This document shows, one piece after another, positions 44,801 through 58,525 of a stretch of 64,000 nucleotides of DNA; the stretch's first letter is position 1, and each line of letters starts with the position of its first letter. The notes under the pieces were generated by a model. It was not told where the DNA came from. It worked only from the letters and a program-made list of their open reading frames with translations, and did not search any database. The position numbers were made by a program, and so were the translations under genes. Origin of the DNA: the human T2T-CHM13v2.0 reference genome, Homo sapiens; NCBI RefSeq assembly GCF_009914755.1, contig NC_060942.1; one strand, given 5' to 3'.

Positions 44801-47800
44801 TCCTACCTTCAAAAAGTGATAGGTTACACTAATTATATTTGTGCTGTTCTACAGATTTTCTATTTTGCACTGGTCCTTTACCTGCTGCTCGCTGTGCGGG
44901 CAGCTAAGGTGAGAGTTTGAAGACTATGGACTTTTAAGCTGAGAGGCTGCTGTGGTCATACAGTTTTCAACACAAAACTTGTTCTCCCTCTAGTGTTCCA
45001 CTTGCACAGGGGTAAGTTGCACAACTTTGTTCCATTTTGAATTCTTTGCAAGATTTGTCTTCATTTCCTCTGTTGTATCAGATTCCTATATTTCCTTGTA
45101 CTGTTTGGCCAAACTCCATTGTTTTCATCTTACTGAGTGGAACAGTAGATACTGTTCCAGCTTTGATATTAATTTCCTCTCTAGTACAGCAATTCCGAGT
45201 CTGGAGTACATTAGCATTTCAATTTTGAAGAGAGATTTTGATCTCTGAGCACCCTTGCCTTGTGTCTGTTTTCTTGATGGTTCCTTGTGGTTGCTTTCAG
45301 TGTTAGGTTAGGTTTCTCCAGTTAGGTTTCTGATGCAGATTGAAAAGCAAACAAGCAGTTAATTCTGTGCATCCCTCATTCTTCTGTAAACATGCCTAGT
45401 GCAGTGTATTGCCTCTCCAAGTGCTCTTGCTTAATTAACATGCTTTAGTTTGTAAAGGATTGATTTGTTTGGCAGAATTATCCATAGTTGATTCTGGGAG
45501 CAAATTTTCTCGGATATCAATTTGAGGAAATAAATCTCACTTCTCCATGCCTTTTGTTAATTAATTTGTTTCTGTTACCATCAAATCTTTACTTAATAAG
45601 TCTGTAAAGGATCTCCAGTGGTGTTGAGATGTCAGTGCTGTTTGGCTATAAAATTCAAGGATGACATCTAATGTGTGCCTTTTAGTAGAGATGCAATTTA
45701 CTTATGTAGTAGATTTGTGAGGAGCATCCATGGAATAGTCATCCCACTATGATTGTATATAACAATTGTATGTACAATATACAATATATATATACAATAA
45801 GGAAAATGTGCCTCTTAGGGGTTGGGAAACCAGTGGTCAAATTCCACCTCTGGCATCATCTGCTCTGGGACTGCAGGCAAGCCACATCATTCGGATGGCT
45901 TCCCTTGTGTTGTAAAGGGGGGACAACGTTTTTGCCCTCCTTTTTTGCCAGGCTGCTGTGCATGGCCCTGTGGAATCATCAATGTGGCAGTGTAATAGTC
46001 TCCTTCCTGCCCAGTGTGGACCCCAGCTTGGCCTGTGCTGCTCCCATCCACCTTTGTAGCCTGATCTTCAGCCATGTTTTAAATATTCTTTGCGCTGCAG
46101 CAAACTTTTATTCCACACACACACCATGGCCTTCTCATAACGGGCCACCTGTCCTCTGTTAAGGCTCTTTTGGAATGCTCTGTATGTGCCTCTCAGAACT
46201 TCTCCCAGCTTCCCAGCTACACCTTAAATGCCTTCTCCCCTGTGAATTCTTCCTTGTTCTTCCTAATCTGAAGTAGGCCTTTTAGTAATCTCTGATACCA
46301 TGTCATCTTCTGGTCACAATGTTGAATTATAGTAGGTCACACATGTGTTCTGTATTCCTGACTAAATTAAACTCAAGGGTCAGGATTCTGTGTTGGGCAT
46401 CTCTTACTGTGCTAAGAGTGCCCTCGGATGAATCAGGAGTTTTTGGATGTTGACTGGATTGCTTTTGATGAATCAGCCTTAGTTTTTCATATTTGCACAA
46501 TACTTTTGAGTGTTCTCTAAGGTCAGCTTCACCTATGGAGAATGACATAATTCTGTGTTCCACTGTAGAAATGTAAGTTGGGTATCCTTCAGTCTTGCTA
46601 CCATAGTCAAGGAGTGACCCCTGGGCAGCCAGCAGCAGGTGGGCGTTTCTGCAGTAAGCCTCTGGGGCTCATCTGTTCTTGGGAAGCCAAGTAAAAACAC
46701 ACACACCATGTGGGGTGATAAGGGGCACAATCTCGTACGTAGGAGAATTGGGATGAAGTGAAAAATGAATAACCCAGGAATAGAGAAGGGTGCTAGTACA
46801 TTCTGTGGCAGTGGGTCTTAATGGATGAGTGAGCAGGAGCTTATTGGGATGGTAGGTGAGAAGTGTCTCCAGGTAATGTCCAGAAGGGGGTCTGAGCTTA
46901 ATGTGCATGGTTGCAGGCGAGTGGGTATGGGGTATCCCAAGCCCAGGGTGAAGAGTGGGTGGGGATGCAGGGGATGCTGGTGGTGATGCCCTTTAGTCAT
47001 GGGGAGATAAAAGAGCTTGGGCTTCTCAGGGAAAATTAAGTGCATGCCATAGCAAAATGGCCATAACAGAGGTGCTTACCTGCCCATCAACCAGTGGCAT
47101 AATCACGGGGGACACATCCTAAAATTCAGAGCCCCAACCTCACTCCCAACAATTCTGATTCCGTAAATCTAGAACGGGACTCAATATTCATGTGTTAGTA
47201 ATTTATCCCAGTGATTCTGATGCAGGTGGCCAGTGAAGCACACTTTGAGTAAGTGTTGAATTACCTCTAAGAAAGGAATTATAAAATTTGCACAGATACG
47301 CATTTGTCCTAGGGAGGAGGATCCTGGGTAGCTCTGTTCAGATACTCAAAGGGATCCATAAGCTCTTCAAAGTTTCAGAACCACTGAGCTAAGACAAAAG
47401 CTTGTAATCCAGAATGAGAATAGCAGCACCATTGCAGGAATATTGGAGATCAGTAACCTTTAAAGAAACATTTTGTGTGATAGAAATTGTTGGTGTTTTC
47501 AGGAGCCCTACTGGAAACACATTAGGGAAGTGAAGGCTTACCACCCAATTTGTAAATCAGGATTTAGGTTTGTGTTAATATCTCAGTGTTTAAAGGACAT
47601 ACAGTGTTTAGTGGCTCTAGCAATTAACAATTTGTCTGTAATAGGATTTTTTTGGAAACACTTCAAGTCCACATCTTTCTCTGACCTAATTAAACCTTCT
47701 GGTTTCCCCTGGGTTTTACTTTTTAATTCTGAAGTTAGAAATATATTAAAGTTCAGTAGAATGAAGGTCTTTATTACTAATTATCAGTAAAGATATCACA

Positions 47801-50800
47801 TTTTGCTCTCCTGTGGTTAAGGTCTTATCTGTATTTCTGTGATAAACATCTCTCTGAAGTTTATAGAGCATATGGAGAAAAATGAGATTGATACAACTTG
47901 GTTTTTACTCACTCCCAACCCCAGAATTTTTGAATCAGTGAAGTGTACTGCTGAAAAGTGATGTACACGCCCTCATTTCTCCCCTGAACCCAGGGTAAAA
48001 TGAACATACTGTTTATACTGGCAAATTCAGTACAGCAAATGGGATGAAGTAACTGTCGGAGGGAGTCTGTGATCAGGGATGTGTTTCCTGGTGATGGCTG
48101 AGACAGAGCTATCAGCTGGTAACTGTAGCTTGTCCTTCAGCAAGGGGTTGCAGCTACTAAGCACACATTTGATCATTGGTTTAAACCTTACAGAAATTGA
48201 GCTGGTCTGTGAAGCCTCCTCTAGGCAAATTTCTAGCTCCATGAAGGGTTACTATTTCTTAAGTCCAGTCAATATTCCATCGATGCACAAGTGTTTATTC
48301 TCTATTCACAACACACACAGTACTAGGTATTGTTAAAGGTAAGTGTCCAATATGGCCAAGGGCCAACAATAAGGGTATTTAAAGAATATCTCAAAGAGAG
48401 ATCCAAGCCACAGATAATCAAATATAAAATTACCCACTCAGACTATTAAAACCAAATATATGGTGACACTTTGTTTAACTTATCCCAGCAACCACAAGTT
48501 CTTACAAGTCAGCCATATGAAAAATAAAAAAGCTTCCTGAGAAACAGAACTCCCTACTCTCTTGGTATATTAAACATATCCCAATGAATAGTTTCTGGAC
48601 GCAGATAAGGCTCATCCCAGGCATATTATGAAGTCATTGAATTTGATACTGTCTTCTTTTTTTAAACTTATTTTCCACCCACTTTTCATATGTCTAATAT
48701 TCTTATGTAATCTGCATCAAAATAAGAAATATCTAATATCTAGTTATCCTTACTTGTGGATTGTTTATGTGGCCCTGTGCACAATAGGTCTAAATAAATA
48801 TTTTTTTGGAGTAGCTGTGGTTAGAGGACTGGCTATGTGAAGCCATTTTCATATTATGTTCTTTTGAGTTTTAAATTTCAAGCCTCTTTGTTACAGATGG
48901 AAAAATGTAGACTTACTCAAATAATTGTAGACGTTAGTAAGCAGAGGCTGAGAAGAGGTTTGGGTTAAGGAGAGTTGTACGGAAACTATAATATTAGGTG
49001 TTCTTCAGTGATCTTTTCAGCAAATATGATGTCATTTTGGATTGACTGGGATAGGAACAGTCACCTAAAATGGGTCCCAGCCCATGTAGGATTGACAATC
49101 CTAGATGCCTTGTCCTGTAACCTCAAGTTTCTTACTTTTTCACAATAGATAGGGAGTCTGGCCAGCTCTAGCACTGATCTTCATATCAGTAGGGTTTCTT
49201 CTGCCTTCTCTTCTGCTGCCGCTTCTCTTTTTGCTTTAGCATTAAGCTTAGCCATCCTTCTTGCTTGTATATTTAACATTATTTTATTTAGTTTTTCTAT
49301 TATAGCCACTTTCCCCAACAGTCCACCTGATCTAACCTTAATTATGTTGCTGATAAAGAATTATTGTCTTTAAGGGAAGCAAAGAAAAAAATAATAGCAT
49401 GTGCAATCTTAGAGTGGGAATATTACCTTAGAGATAATCTAGGCCTGGAAGAGTCTAGTATTGTTAAATATTAATTTTTTTTGTGGCCTAGTCTTTCTGT
49501 TGCCCACAGTACACCAACTTTTAAGTAAATGAAAGTTGAATATATCTGGTTGAAGCAGGGTTTTAGAAGGGCCTGCGCTGGGTTCGCCCTCGTGGGCTGA
49601 GAGAGCCTGAGGATTCTGAGGATCACAGGGTGAAAAACTCAGTGATCCAAGTCATCATGCTTTTTTTTATAGACAGGACTGAGACCCAGAAAGGAAAGGA
49701 AACCCACAGTTAACTATTTACTAGGTAGCTAGATAGGTAAGTGCGTCCCAGGTAGCTAGATAGGTAAGTAGGTCGATAGATACATAGCATAATGTATGTG
49801 TTTATAGAAACACACACATATATGCAGAATCACTTAATTCTTATAACATTCTAGAAGGTAGATGGTTTTATAGATGAATAGATGAGGAAAGCTTGTAAGT
49901 TGATAGGGTTGGACTCACCTATGCTCCTTCTGGTGGCAAATCTACATTCTTTCCACCCTAGCTCCATTCTGCTGCTTGGTTGCCTTGTCCAAAGCCACAC
50001 ACAGGCAAGGACAGGACTGAAACCCAGACCATCTGCCTCTTGGTCCAGGGTTGTTCTCTCAGCAGATCTGTTCTCTTCAGTCAGTGGTAAAATAATACAT
50101 GCTAAAAAGTAAATGGAATATTGAGTAAACACTCAGTTAGAAAAAGAGAGAAAGACGTCCCAGCTGTGTTGACCTTGAGAAGGGTTAATGTTTTTAGTTC
50201 CCTATATTTTAGCAACTAATTGGTCATGGAAAAGGATGGGAAGGAAAGCTGATTCATCACAGTTTTTTGTGCTAAGTATTGCTCAGAGCTTGGAGAATTG
50301 CATGGAATCTAGCTTCCTTATTTAAAAAATTAATAAGGAAAAATTTTTCATTAAAGCATGCTTTCTTTATGGCCTGAGTATTGAAACTTGAGATTGAATA
50401 TGTATTAACTACTTGTATGTTTCATAAATTTGAAATACACATAATATGTAATTATTGACATTCTTCTCATGTTTGAAACAAAAGCGGCAGACACACTGAC
50501 TGAGGAGCTGAACCAGAGTTCCAGTATGATGCACATAAAGTCCGTGTGCTTTTTGTTGACTTATGCTGAGGTCTGCCAGATAACAGCCTTATTACGCACA
50601 TTCTTAGAATAACAGGCCATTGATATCTTAGTAGATTCTTACATTTAGGTACTGACTCTCTGGTTTTCTTTTTTTTATCTGGCTCATGTAGGAAAAGGAG
50701 ACCTTCAGGATGAGTTTTTGTTCTTCCTGTTGGCTCTTACAGCATTTTTCATATTTATCCTTTTAACTCCTCTGTGTTCCACAAGTTGTCTTCCTTGAGG

Positions 50801-51119
50801 ACAAGGACTTCTTTTTCATCCTGTCCGTTCTCTTATCCCTTCCCCTTTTCCTCCCTAGTGCCTGACATCATGCCTGGCACACAAGTCCTTAGGAGGAGTG
50901 ATGGTGACAGGGAAGGAGGGAGATGCCATGAGTCAGATAAAAAAGGCAAAACTCTAGAATCAGGAGTTTCTTCTTCCTTTGATGTAGCCAGAGTGTTCAG
51001 TGAATGGAGTCCATTAGATGTTTTTTCTTCAGCGCTCCTTTCTAATAAAGATAGAGCAGTAAACAGTTTTTATTCTTACCTTTGTTACAAAAAACTTTAC
51101 AACATTCTGTTAAATCTAG

Positions 51120-51760
51120 CAAGTATTTAATGAGTGGCAAACACCTTTCCAGGACTGGGGAGACAGAGATGAACAGAACATTGTCCTTGTTCAAGGACCG
51201 CCCAGTGCAATAGAGAAGACAAGCATGTCCAAAGTTACATTGCCCTGCAGTATGATAAGGACATCAAGAAAACCTGTATATTTGGCAGTGATGGTTACCA
51301 CATGGGAAGGAGTGATTGATTTTATCTGTGAAAAGCCCTCAGCAACAGGTACCTGGGAGAGGTGTTGTCCGAGCTGGGATTTGAAAAGTGTGCAAGAGTT
51401 TTCCAAGCAGATGCTGGGGGAGGGGTGGGACAAGTGCTGAACAGGTGCAGGGACCGCATGAGCATAGGGGTAGCATATGGGCAGGAGGATCATTGGGGGT
51501 GAATCTACAGATAGTCGGGAATTACTAGAGTGTAAAACTAAAGGGAAGTGGTGGCAAGGAATGAAGATAAAGAGGTAGACGGGGGTTGAATCAGAAAAAC
51601 AACAGATGTCACATGATTAAAATTTGAGTACTATCCGATGGACAATAAAGGGCTGATGAATAGTTTTAAGTAGGGAGAGAGCATTTTCAGCTGTGTATTT
51701 TATAAAAATTCAGCTTGTTGGGAGTGTGTGGGATATACTGGAGAGAGCAGAATCCAGGTT
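51120..51760 (-). mobile_element. L2 relic
   Basis: tatttaatgag...ccaggactggggagacagagatgaacaga; ttttaagtagggagag. Degenerate antisense L2 pattern. Confidence 0.55.
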
Positions 51761-53639
51761 TGAGGGAATGGGTCAAATCAAACGGGAACATGAGCTGAAA
51801 CTCAAATTGTGGCATGGTAGGAATAGGAGACTGAAAGAAAAATTTAAGCAGTTGTTTAGGAGATAAGGTGTCAGGCAGAGAGAGGCAGTCACTCAGCCAA
51901 TATAGGCAAGATAAAGAAAGAAATGTCTGTGACTTTGTTATCCTGTTTCAGATAGCATGTGCCAAACATAGTTGTGACTTTCTTTGATGTTCATCACCTT
52001 GTAACAGTGACTACACTTTCACATACACCTCTAAGTTCAATCTTCCCTATTTCCCTGGGAGTTAGGTGATAGATATTACAAAGGACTCATACATTCTATA
52101 GGGCCCACATTCTCAGGGACTTGCTCATGTTCAAAATTGCACCCCAAAATCCTTAAGGAACCTTTTGGGTGGGAGACCAGCATAATGTTTCTCAGTAAGT
52201 CCAATAAAGTCATCCCCTGCACCCCCTTGTCATTGGATTGCTGTTTATGCATTTGAGCATAGGATTAGATTGGTGATTTGGATTTTGGACACACTTTAAT
52301 TAAAATGCTGATCTTTAAGCATGAAAATTATTTGGACCCCAGTGAAATGTCACACTAAGCAAAGCCTGGAGATGGAAGGAGCAGAGGCTAACTAGGTGGA
52401 GGTGGAGGAGCACCAGTTCATATTTCTAATTTCTTAGTTTCAGCTTGTTTGGAGCATAAGATTGTTAGGCTTCTGGACTAAATGTATGATTTCTCTGTCA
52501 TATGCCCCTTCCTTTTCAATGTTGAAATCATGTAAGTTGAGCATACCTTTGATATGAAGACTGCATATCTCCTTTTGATGCAAAGAGCAAGACACATGTA
52601 ACTGATCCAGGACTCTCTGTATCTCAGTTCTATGATCCCAATTAAATACACTCATCTGTACGAGTTCCCCATGGTTGTATTAGAAGAAGTTCTCCTCATG
52701 ATAGGAAATTGGAATGAATATTTTACCGACAGGATATGTGAAACTATATTTACTTTTTCCTTATAATTTGATTCTACCCAATGAATATAATGTGTAGAAA
52801 AAATGTTCATTGAGGGAAGTACATTTAGTTGAGTTTAGGTTAATCAATGTCTGGTGAAAATAAATAGTTGGCTGTCTGTTTTAAGCTGAATAAATAGCAT
52901 GGTTTGGCTGTACTGCATATTGGTGAGTTCAGGAGTTTATCAGCTGTCCCAGATAATGATTTTATGCTAATAAAATCAAGAGGTGGATTTGTAAATCACA
53001 CTAAACTGGCAGCAGTGCTACTGGGCATAAAATGCAATTCTTTTTTTTTTTTTTAATTAATTTCCTGGGTATCTCTAACCAGTAACCAGGATTGTTTTCT
53101 ACCTAAGATATCTCTTCTTGTTTTGAGTAACTCTACTTAGGAGAAAAATTATAGATCAGGGTTTTCTTAGCATGAAATTTAAGCAAAAAATTCAACACTT
53201 TGATCCAGCCGTGCTATTCTGTTGTCCTTTATCATCTGAGAGGTGTTTATGACTGAAAAGCATTATTTAGAGCAATAATCTCTGAATCACTTTCTTCACA
53301 ACCTTTTTGAGGAATACAGTACAACTCATTGATGTATGGAAGAAAAGATTTGAACTTCAGCTTACATGTATTTTCTAATAATACTTAAAAAGGTCAGTAT
53401 ATGCATGCTTGTAATAATCTGCATATGTAGAGCACTACATGATTATAATTTATACATAAACACACATAGGATGGTTATACCTTTTTAAGAAAGGATGTCT
53501 TCTGAAAAATGTTTGAGACTACTGATCTCTGGAGCACTCTTTCTGGGTCAATGATTAGATTATTCTGGGACCTTTTTTTAAAACCACAGATTCATGGGGC
53601 TGTTCCCAGAATATTCTAGTTAAATAGGTTGATCCAGAA

Positions 53640-53818
53640 CAGTGATTACCAAACATTAGAGTGCATTGGAGCCACCTGGAGAGTTGTTGAAACTCTGGCT
53701 GCCGGGCCCAACCCCCAGAGGTTCTGACTCAGTAGGTCTGGGATGAAGCCTGAGAATTTGCATTTCTGAGTTCCTAGGTGATGGTGGCTTGTCCAGGGAC
53801 CCACTTGGAAAATCACTG
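53640..53818. mobile_element. MER5A hAT-type MITE
   Basis: Inverted ends cagtgatt...aatcactg; internal ctgactcagtaggtctggg..gaatttgcatttct. Confidence 0.8.
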
Positions 53819-55335
53819 CTCTAGTTTGGGACTCAGGACAACAGTGATTTCAGAGATCAGGTCATAAATACTGATTTAGTTTGACGATCTTCTCCCTGAG
53901 ACATTTCTGGCAGCTGTTTCATCATTTTGTTTTCATTTGTTACTCCTGCTTCTACGATAGAGGCAGACAACTATTTTTTACACTCTCTCTCGTTTTCACT
54001 ATTGTGGTATAGAGGATAAGAGCACCAGTATTATATTCAGATAGATTCACATTTATGCAGGGAATTCATGCAAGTGGTTTAATTCAATCCAATAGTAGCT
54101 CTATGAGGTGTTTATTTGTATGTGGAAAAATTGAGATAGTCAAGTTCCTAATAATTTGGTTGCATCTGTACAATATTTAGGAATAGAATAATACTACTGC
54201 ACATTAAAGAAAATTTTACTATCAATAAGAAAAATACATCTTTGTTTGTCGCAACTCAGCCTTTTAAAAAATTAGGAATCCATAGATTGATATGAAATGA
54301 AGATGGGGTAACTGTAATAAATCATAGAAACTTCAAGAACAAGGCAACTTATTTCCTTTGTATCATATAAAATATATCCATCGGCAAATAGCACTTCTTA
54401 TAATAGAGCATAGCATTAGCCATTTAAATGCCTGTGTAATGTGTAAAAACTGCTTGCTAAATTAAATTATGTAGAAGAGCCTTTCTATAATGCTTAGTGT
54501 CTGATTCACTAAACATCACTGGGGCACTCAAAGTTTAGGAGGCATTATATGCTTTTATTGTTTGTCAGGCAATTAAATGTAGAAGTCACTGTGATTTAAA
54601 AGAAGAAAGCAGGGCCTCTGCTATGTTGGTATAGTTTTTTTTTAATACTCCTAAAATAATTAAGTCTATTAAATCTCACTTTCTGTTTATCCTTTGCATT
54701 GTGTAGTTTATAGCCATTTATTCTACACAGTTTTAAATTTGAGATAAATAGGATCCTCTGAGATTTCATGTAATTTAGGAAAATAGAACATATAACATTA
54801 ATTCTTTTGGGGGGTACTGTAGCACTATTTTTTGATCTGCCTTCTCTATTGAGAGACCCATTTAATACTTTATGCATTTGATGAAGGCTGACTTAAATGG
54901 GGTCATTCTGTATTTGGAACAATGAGAAAAATTTTCCAGAAAACTCATCAAGGAGTATTACAGTCTTTTTACAAAATAACTTTAAATGGACTATAATTAT
55001 AACAGGAAGAATGTTTGCTAGTGTATGTAAGTCAATTTAACCTGTTAAAGGCAGAACAATTCAAAATATGTGTGTATCTTACAAGTTTATGAAATTAACA
55101 TTTGATTGTCCTCCACTGGCTTCTTAGAAACAGCACTTTCGAGAGCTTATTTACAATGCAAATCACTGAACAGTTCGTATATAAGCACTGTAAATTGTTG
55201 TTTACTTACTTTCTAGAGCTTGGTGAAAATGTGTGAGTACAGACCTTGTTTGAATTGCTAGTCCTGCACTGAAGCTCCTGTGTCTTTGGGTGAGATTATT
55301 TGACCCTTCTAAACTGCCATTTGTAAAAATAAGAA

Positions 55336-55950
55336 TGTACCGATCAGGATCCAATCAGGAGAGAGAAGCAACATAGTAATTTAATTAGGGAACATTTATA
55401 ACTGTAACGGGTATTAGAATACAAGAGATGGGTTAGTACAAGCTAAGGAGAGCATTGAAGAATAAAGGAATAGTGGATGTATGGAGCTGACGTTAGCCCA
55501 GGGGCAGAGACAGAGCTCCAGGGAGGAGACTCTTTCATTGCTGAGATCCAGGGGAAGGCTGTGGCTCAGTGGATGGCAGAGGAGTTACTATGGGGCTGCA
55601 CCTGCAGGACTCAGAGGTAATGTGCCCTCTGATTGGCCGTGAAAGTTATTCATAGGGAATGTTCTGCTGGAGGCACTTGCTACAGAACCACTGGGGCACT
55701 GTGCAGGGGCAAGCTGCTGCTACTGGAGGAGCCAGGCAGGGGGGCGACCCTGCGTTGTGCCCTGAGGGACCTGCCAGGGAGCTCAGGGAGGCCACTCCTT
55801 CCTCCTGCAGGATCTCTCCTGTACCCTCTACTGATAAAGCTTATACCTTCTTGCCCACTAGTACAGAAAACGTAGTTAAAGCATCTGGATACATTTTTGA
55901 AATGAAAAAGATTTAGAGCTAAGAGGTGTAATACCTTGATAACTAGTACA
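55336..55950. mobile_element. Old ERVL-type LTR inserted into a MIR
   Basis: TGTAC...GTACA ends, imperfect 5-bp TSD aagaa/gggaa, MIR-like flanks. Confidence 0.5.
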
Positions 55951-57305
55951 GGGAATATTGATGCTTGCCTTTAGAATTTTTTTTTAAATTAAAATTAGGT
56001 AATACATGTTTATATTTGCATGGCTTTTGTTCTGTAACATGTTAATTGAATCAGACATGTTGAGTGAGATAAAAGTCTTACTGGTTGTGAGGAGTCAATG
56101 ACATCATGACTATATTTTGCCTTAGGCAGAATCTGACTGGCACATGGTCTGTGTTCGCAAAATGGTAGCTGTTGATACCAGAGAACTTTGTAGCTTACAG
56201 GTTCCCCTTAGACTGTGTGGCAGTGCTCTCACACAGTAGTGTTGGTTGATAACTTCAAGCTAAATAAACAGTCTTAGGTGATGGCTCTCACCCCAAAACC
56301 TTAAGAATACAAGTAGCAATCTTGAAGGATCTTGAAATCAATTTAGTGGATCTAGAACCTCCTTTTAGAACAGAATGATAAATATTTGTATATCTCAGTA
56401 GAGATAAATTTGGTTTTTAAAGTGTACAAATGATTTACGTGTACTGGGTCAAGATGTCATGACTATGAGTCACAATAAAAAAAACAATTTTTAATATACT
56501 GCTTTAAATGGTAGACTCTATTTCTTGTCAATTTGTTTTCCGTTGTTTTGTCTCCAGGCCTGAAGCTTCAGTAGGATGTAGAATGGTCACATAAGGTTTC
56601 CTTTGGGGTGAAAATGGGCCATTTTCTTTATAGCTTATGACTTAATGATTTCATACTACTCTTGGATCAACTGAATCATCCTCAGCTGTTCCAAAGAAAT
56701 AAAAAAGATAAATATCCTCCATTATGCAAGTGACAATATTTTATTTTCATAAATCAAGAATGACCTTTATCAACAACTAGCCTTGCTGTCTAATAATTGC
56801 CAGGAAAAAAAAAGAAAGAGAATTCAACTTTTGTAAGTCAAAAGCCATAATTTGTGGAGACTTCATTAACATTTAACTTGCTTATAGTTTCCAACCATAC
56901 TAGAAAAATGAACAAGTTCGTTGATTTTGTCACATTTTGCAGTTGGTTCTTCCTGGGATACACCAGGACAGGGCTGGATGGTTTGTGGAGGAAGGTTAAG
57001 ATTGTTTTTGTTGTTCAGATGTTTATTATGCTTCTTTTGGAAATTTCCAGGCAAAATAATTGCAGCCAGATTTTGCATAGAACTTTGGGGGATTCATTAC
57101 CTATCCTTTTAAAAAGGCTTTATTGGGTGTTTATCATGCAGCCTGCTCTAAGGAGTACCAAGGTGACTAAGACACAGTTATAATCAGTATTGCTTTGGAG
57201 CAGATTTTCTACTCTGCCTATGGGCTTTTCTGTTCTGAAACTCTGTGATTTTCAGGAGAGAATATTGGGCCCAACTCCATTTTCTTTGATTTCTAAAACA
57301 TGTAG

Positions 57306-57630
<325 letters not shown>

Positions 57631-57727
57631 TTAGCACACACTACCTGCAGTTTTTAGTTGGAGTAAATGTGCAAACTTATAGTAGCCCACGAAGTCATTG
57701 TTGAGAGCAAGAGTATCCATAAAGATA

Positions 57728-58035
<308 letters not shown>

Positions 58036-58309
58036 CATAAAGATAATTTTAAAGCATATTTCAGTTTTAATCTAGAATGCACTGGGCTCCCACCAAATCA
58101 AGCTTGTTGACTTGGAGTGTGGTCACATACTGTCATAAGATGTTATTGAATGGGCCCTAAACCTCATTGCTCTGTTCTGAGGGATGCTGTTGAGAACTCT
58201 GTTCATTAACTTCCAACAATTGCTTCTTCCCAGGGTTCTGGGAAGGAAGATAGTTCTCTCTGAATTTAGGGTGAGGGTAGTTGTGTATCTTCTTGGTCTC
58301 CAGTTTGGG

Positions 58310-58525
58310 AGATACTATCCTGTAGTGTTAAGAATATGGGCCCCTTATGACTGGATGCCTGGATTCAAGTATCTGCTTCACGACTCTCCAGCTTTGAGAC
58401 CTTGGACAGGCTGTGTAACTTTGTATGCCTTGGTTTCTGTATCTGTAAAATGAGGATCATAGTATCTACCTCATAGAGTTGGTGTGAGGATTAAACAAGT
58501 CCTGGGTAAATGTTAGTCTCTATTA
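58310..58525. mobile_element. MIR
   Basis: gaccttggacagg...ggtttctgtatctgtaaaatgagg...ctacctcatagagttggtgtgaggattaaa core. Confidence 0.75.

Noticed and set aside
56530-56600. Strong acceptor ttgttttgtctccAG as a cryptic exon
   Set aside because: Only a weak donor nearby (AAG|GTTTCC), and isolated acceptors are common in long introns.
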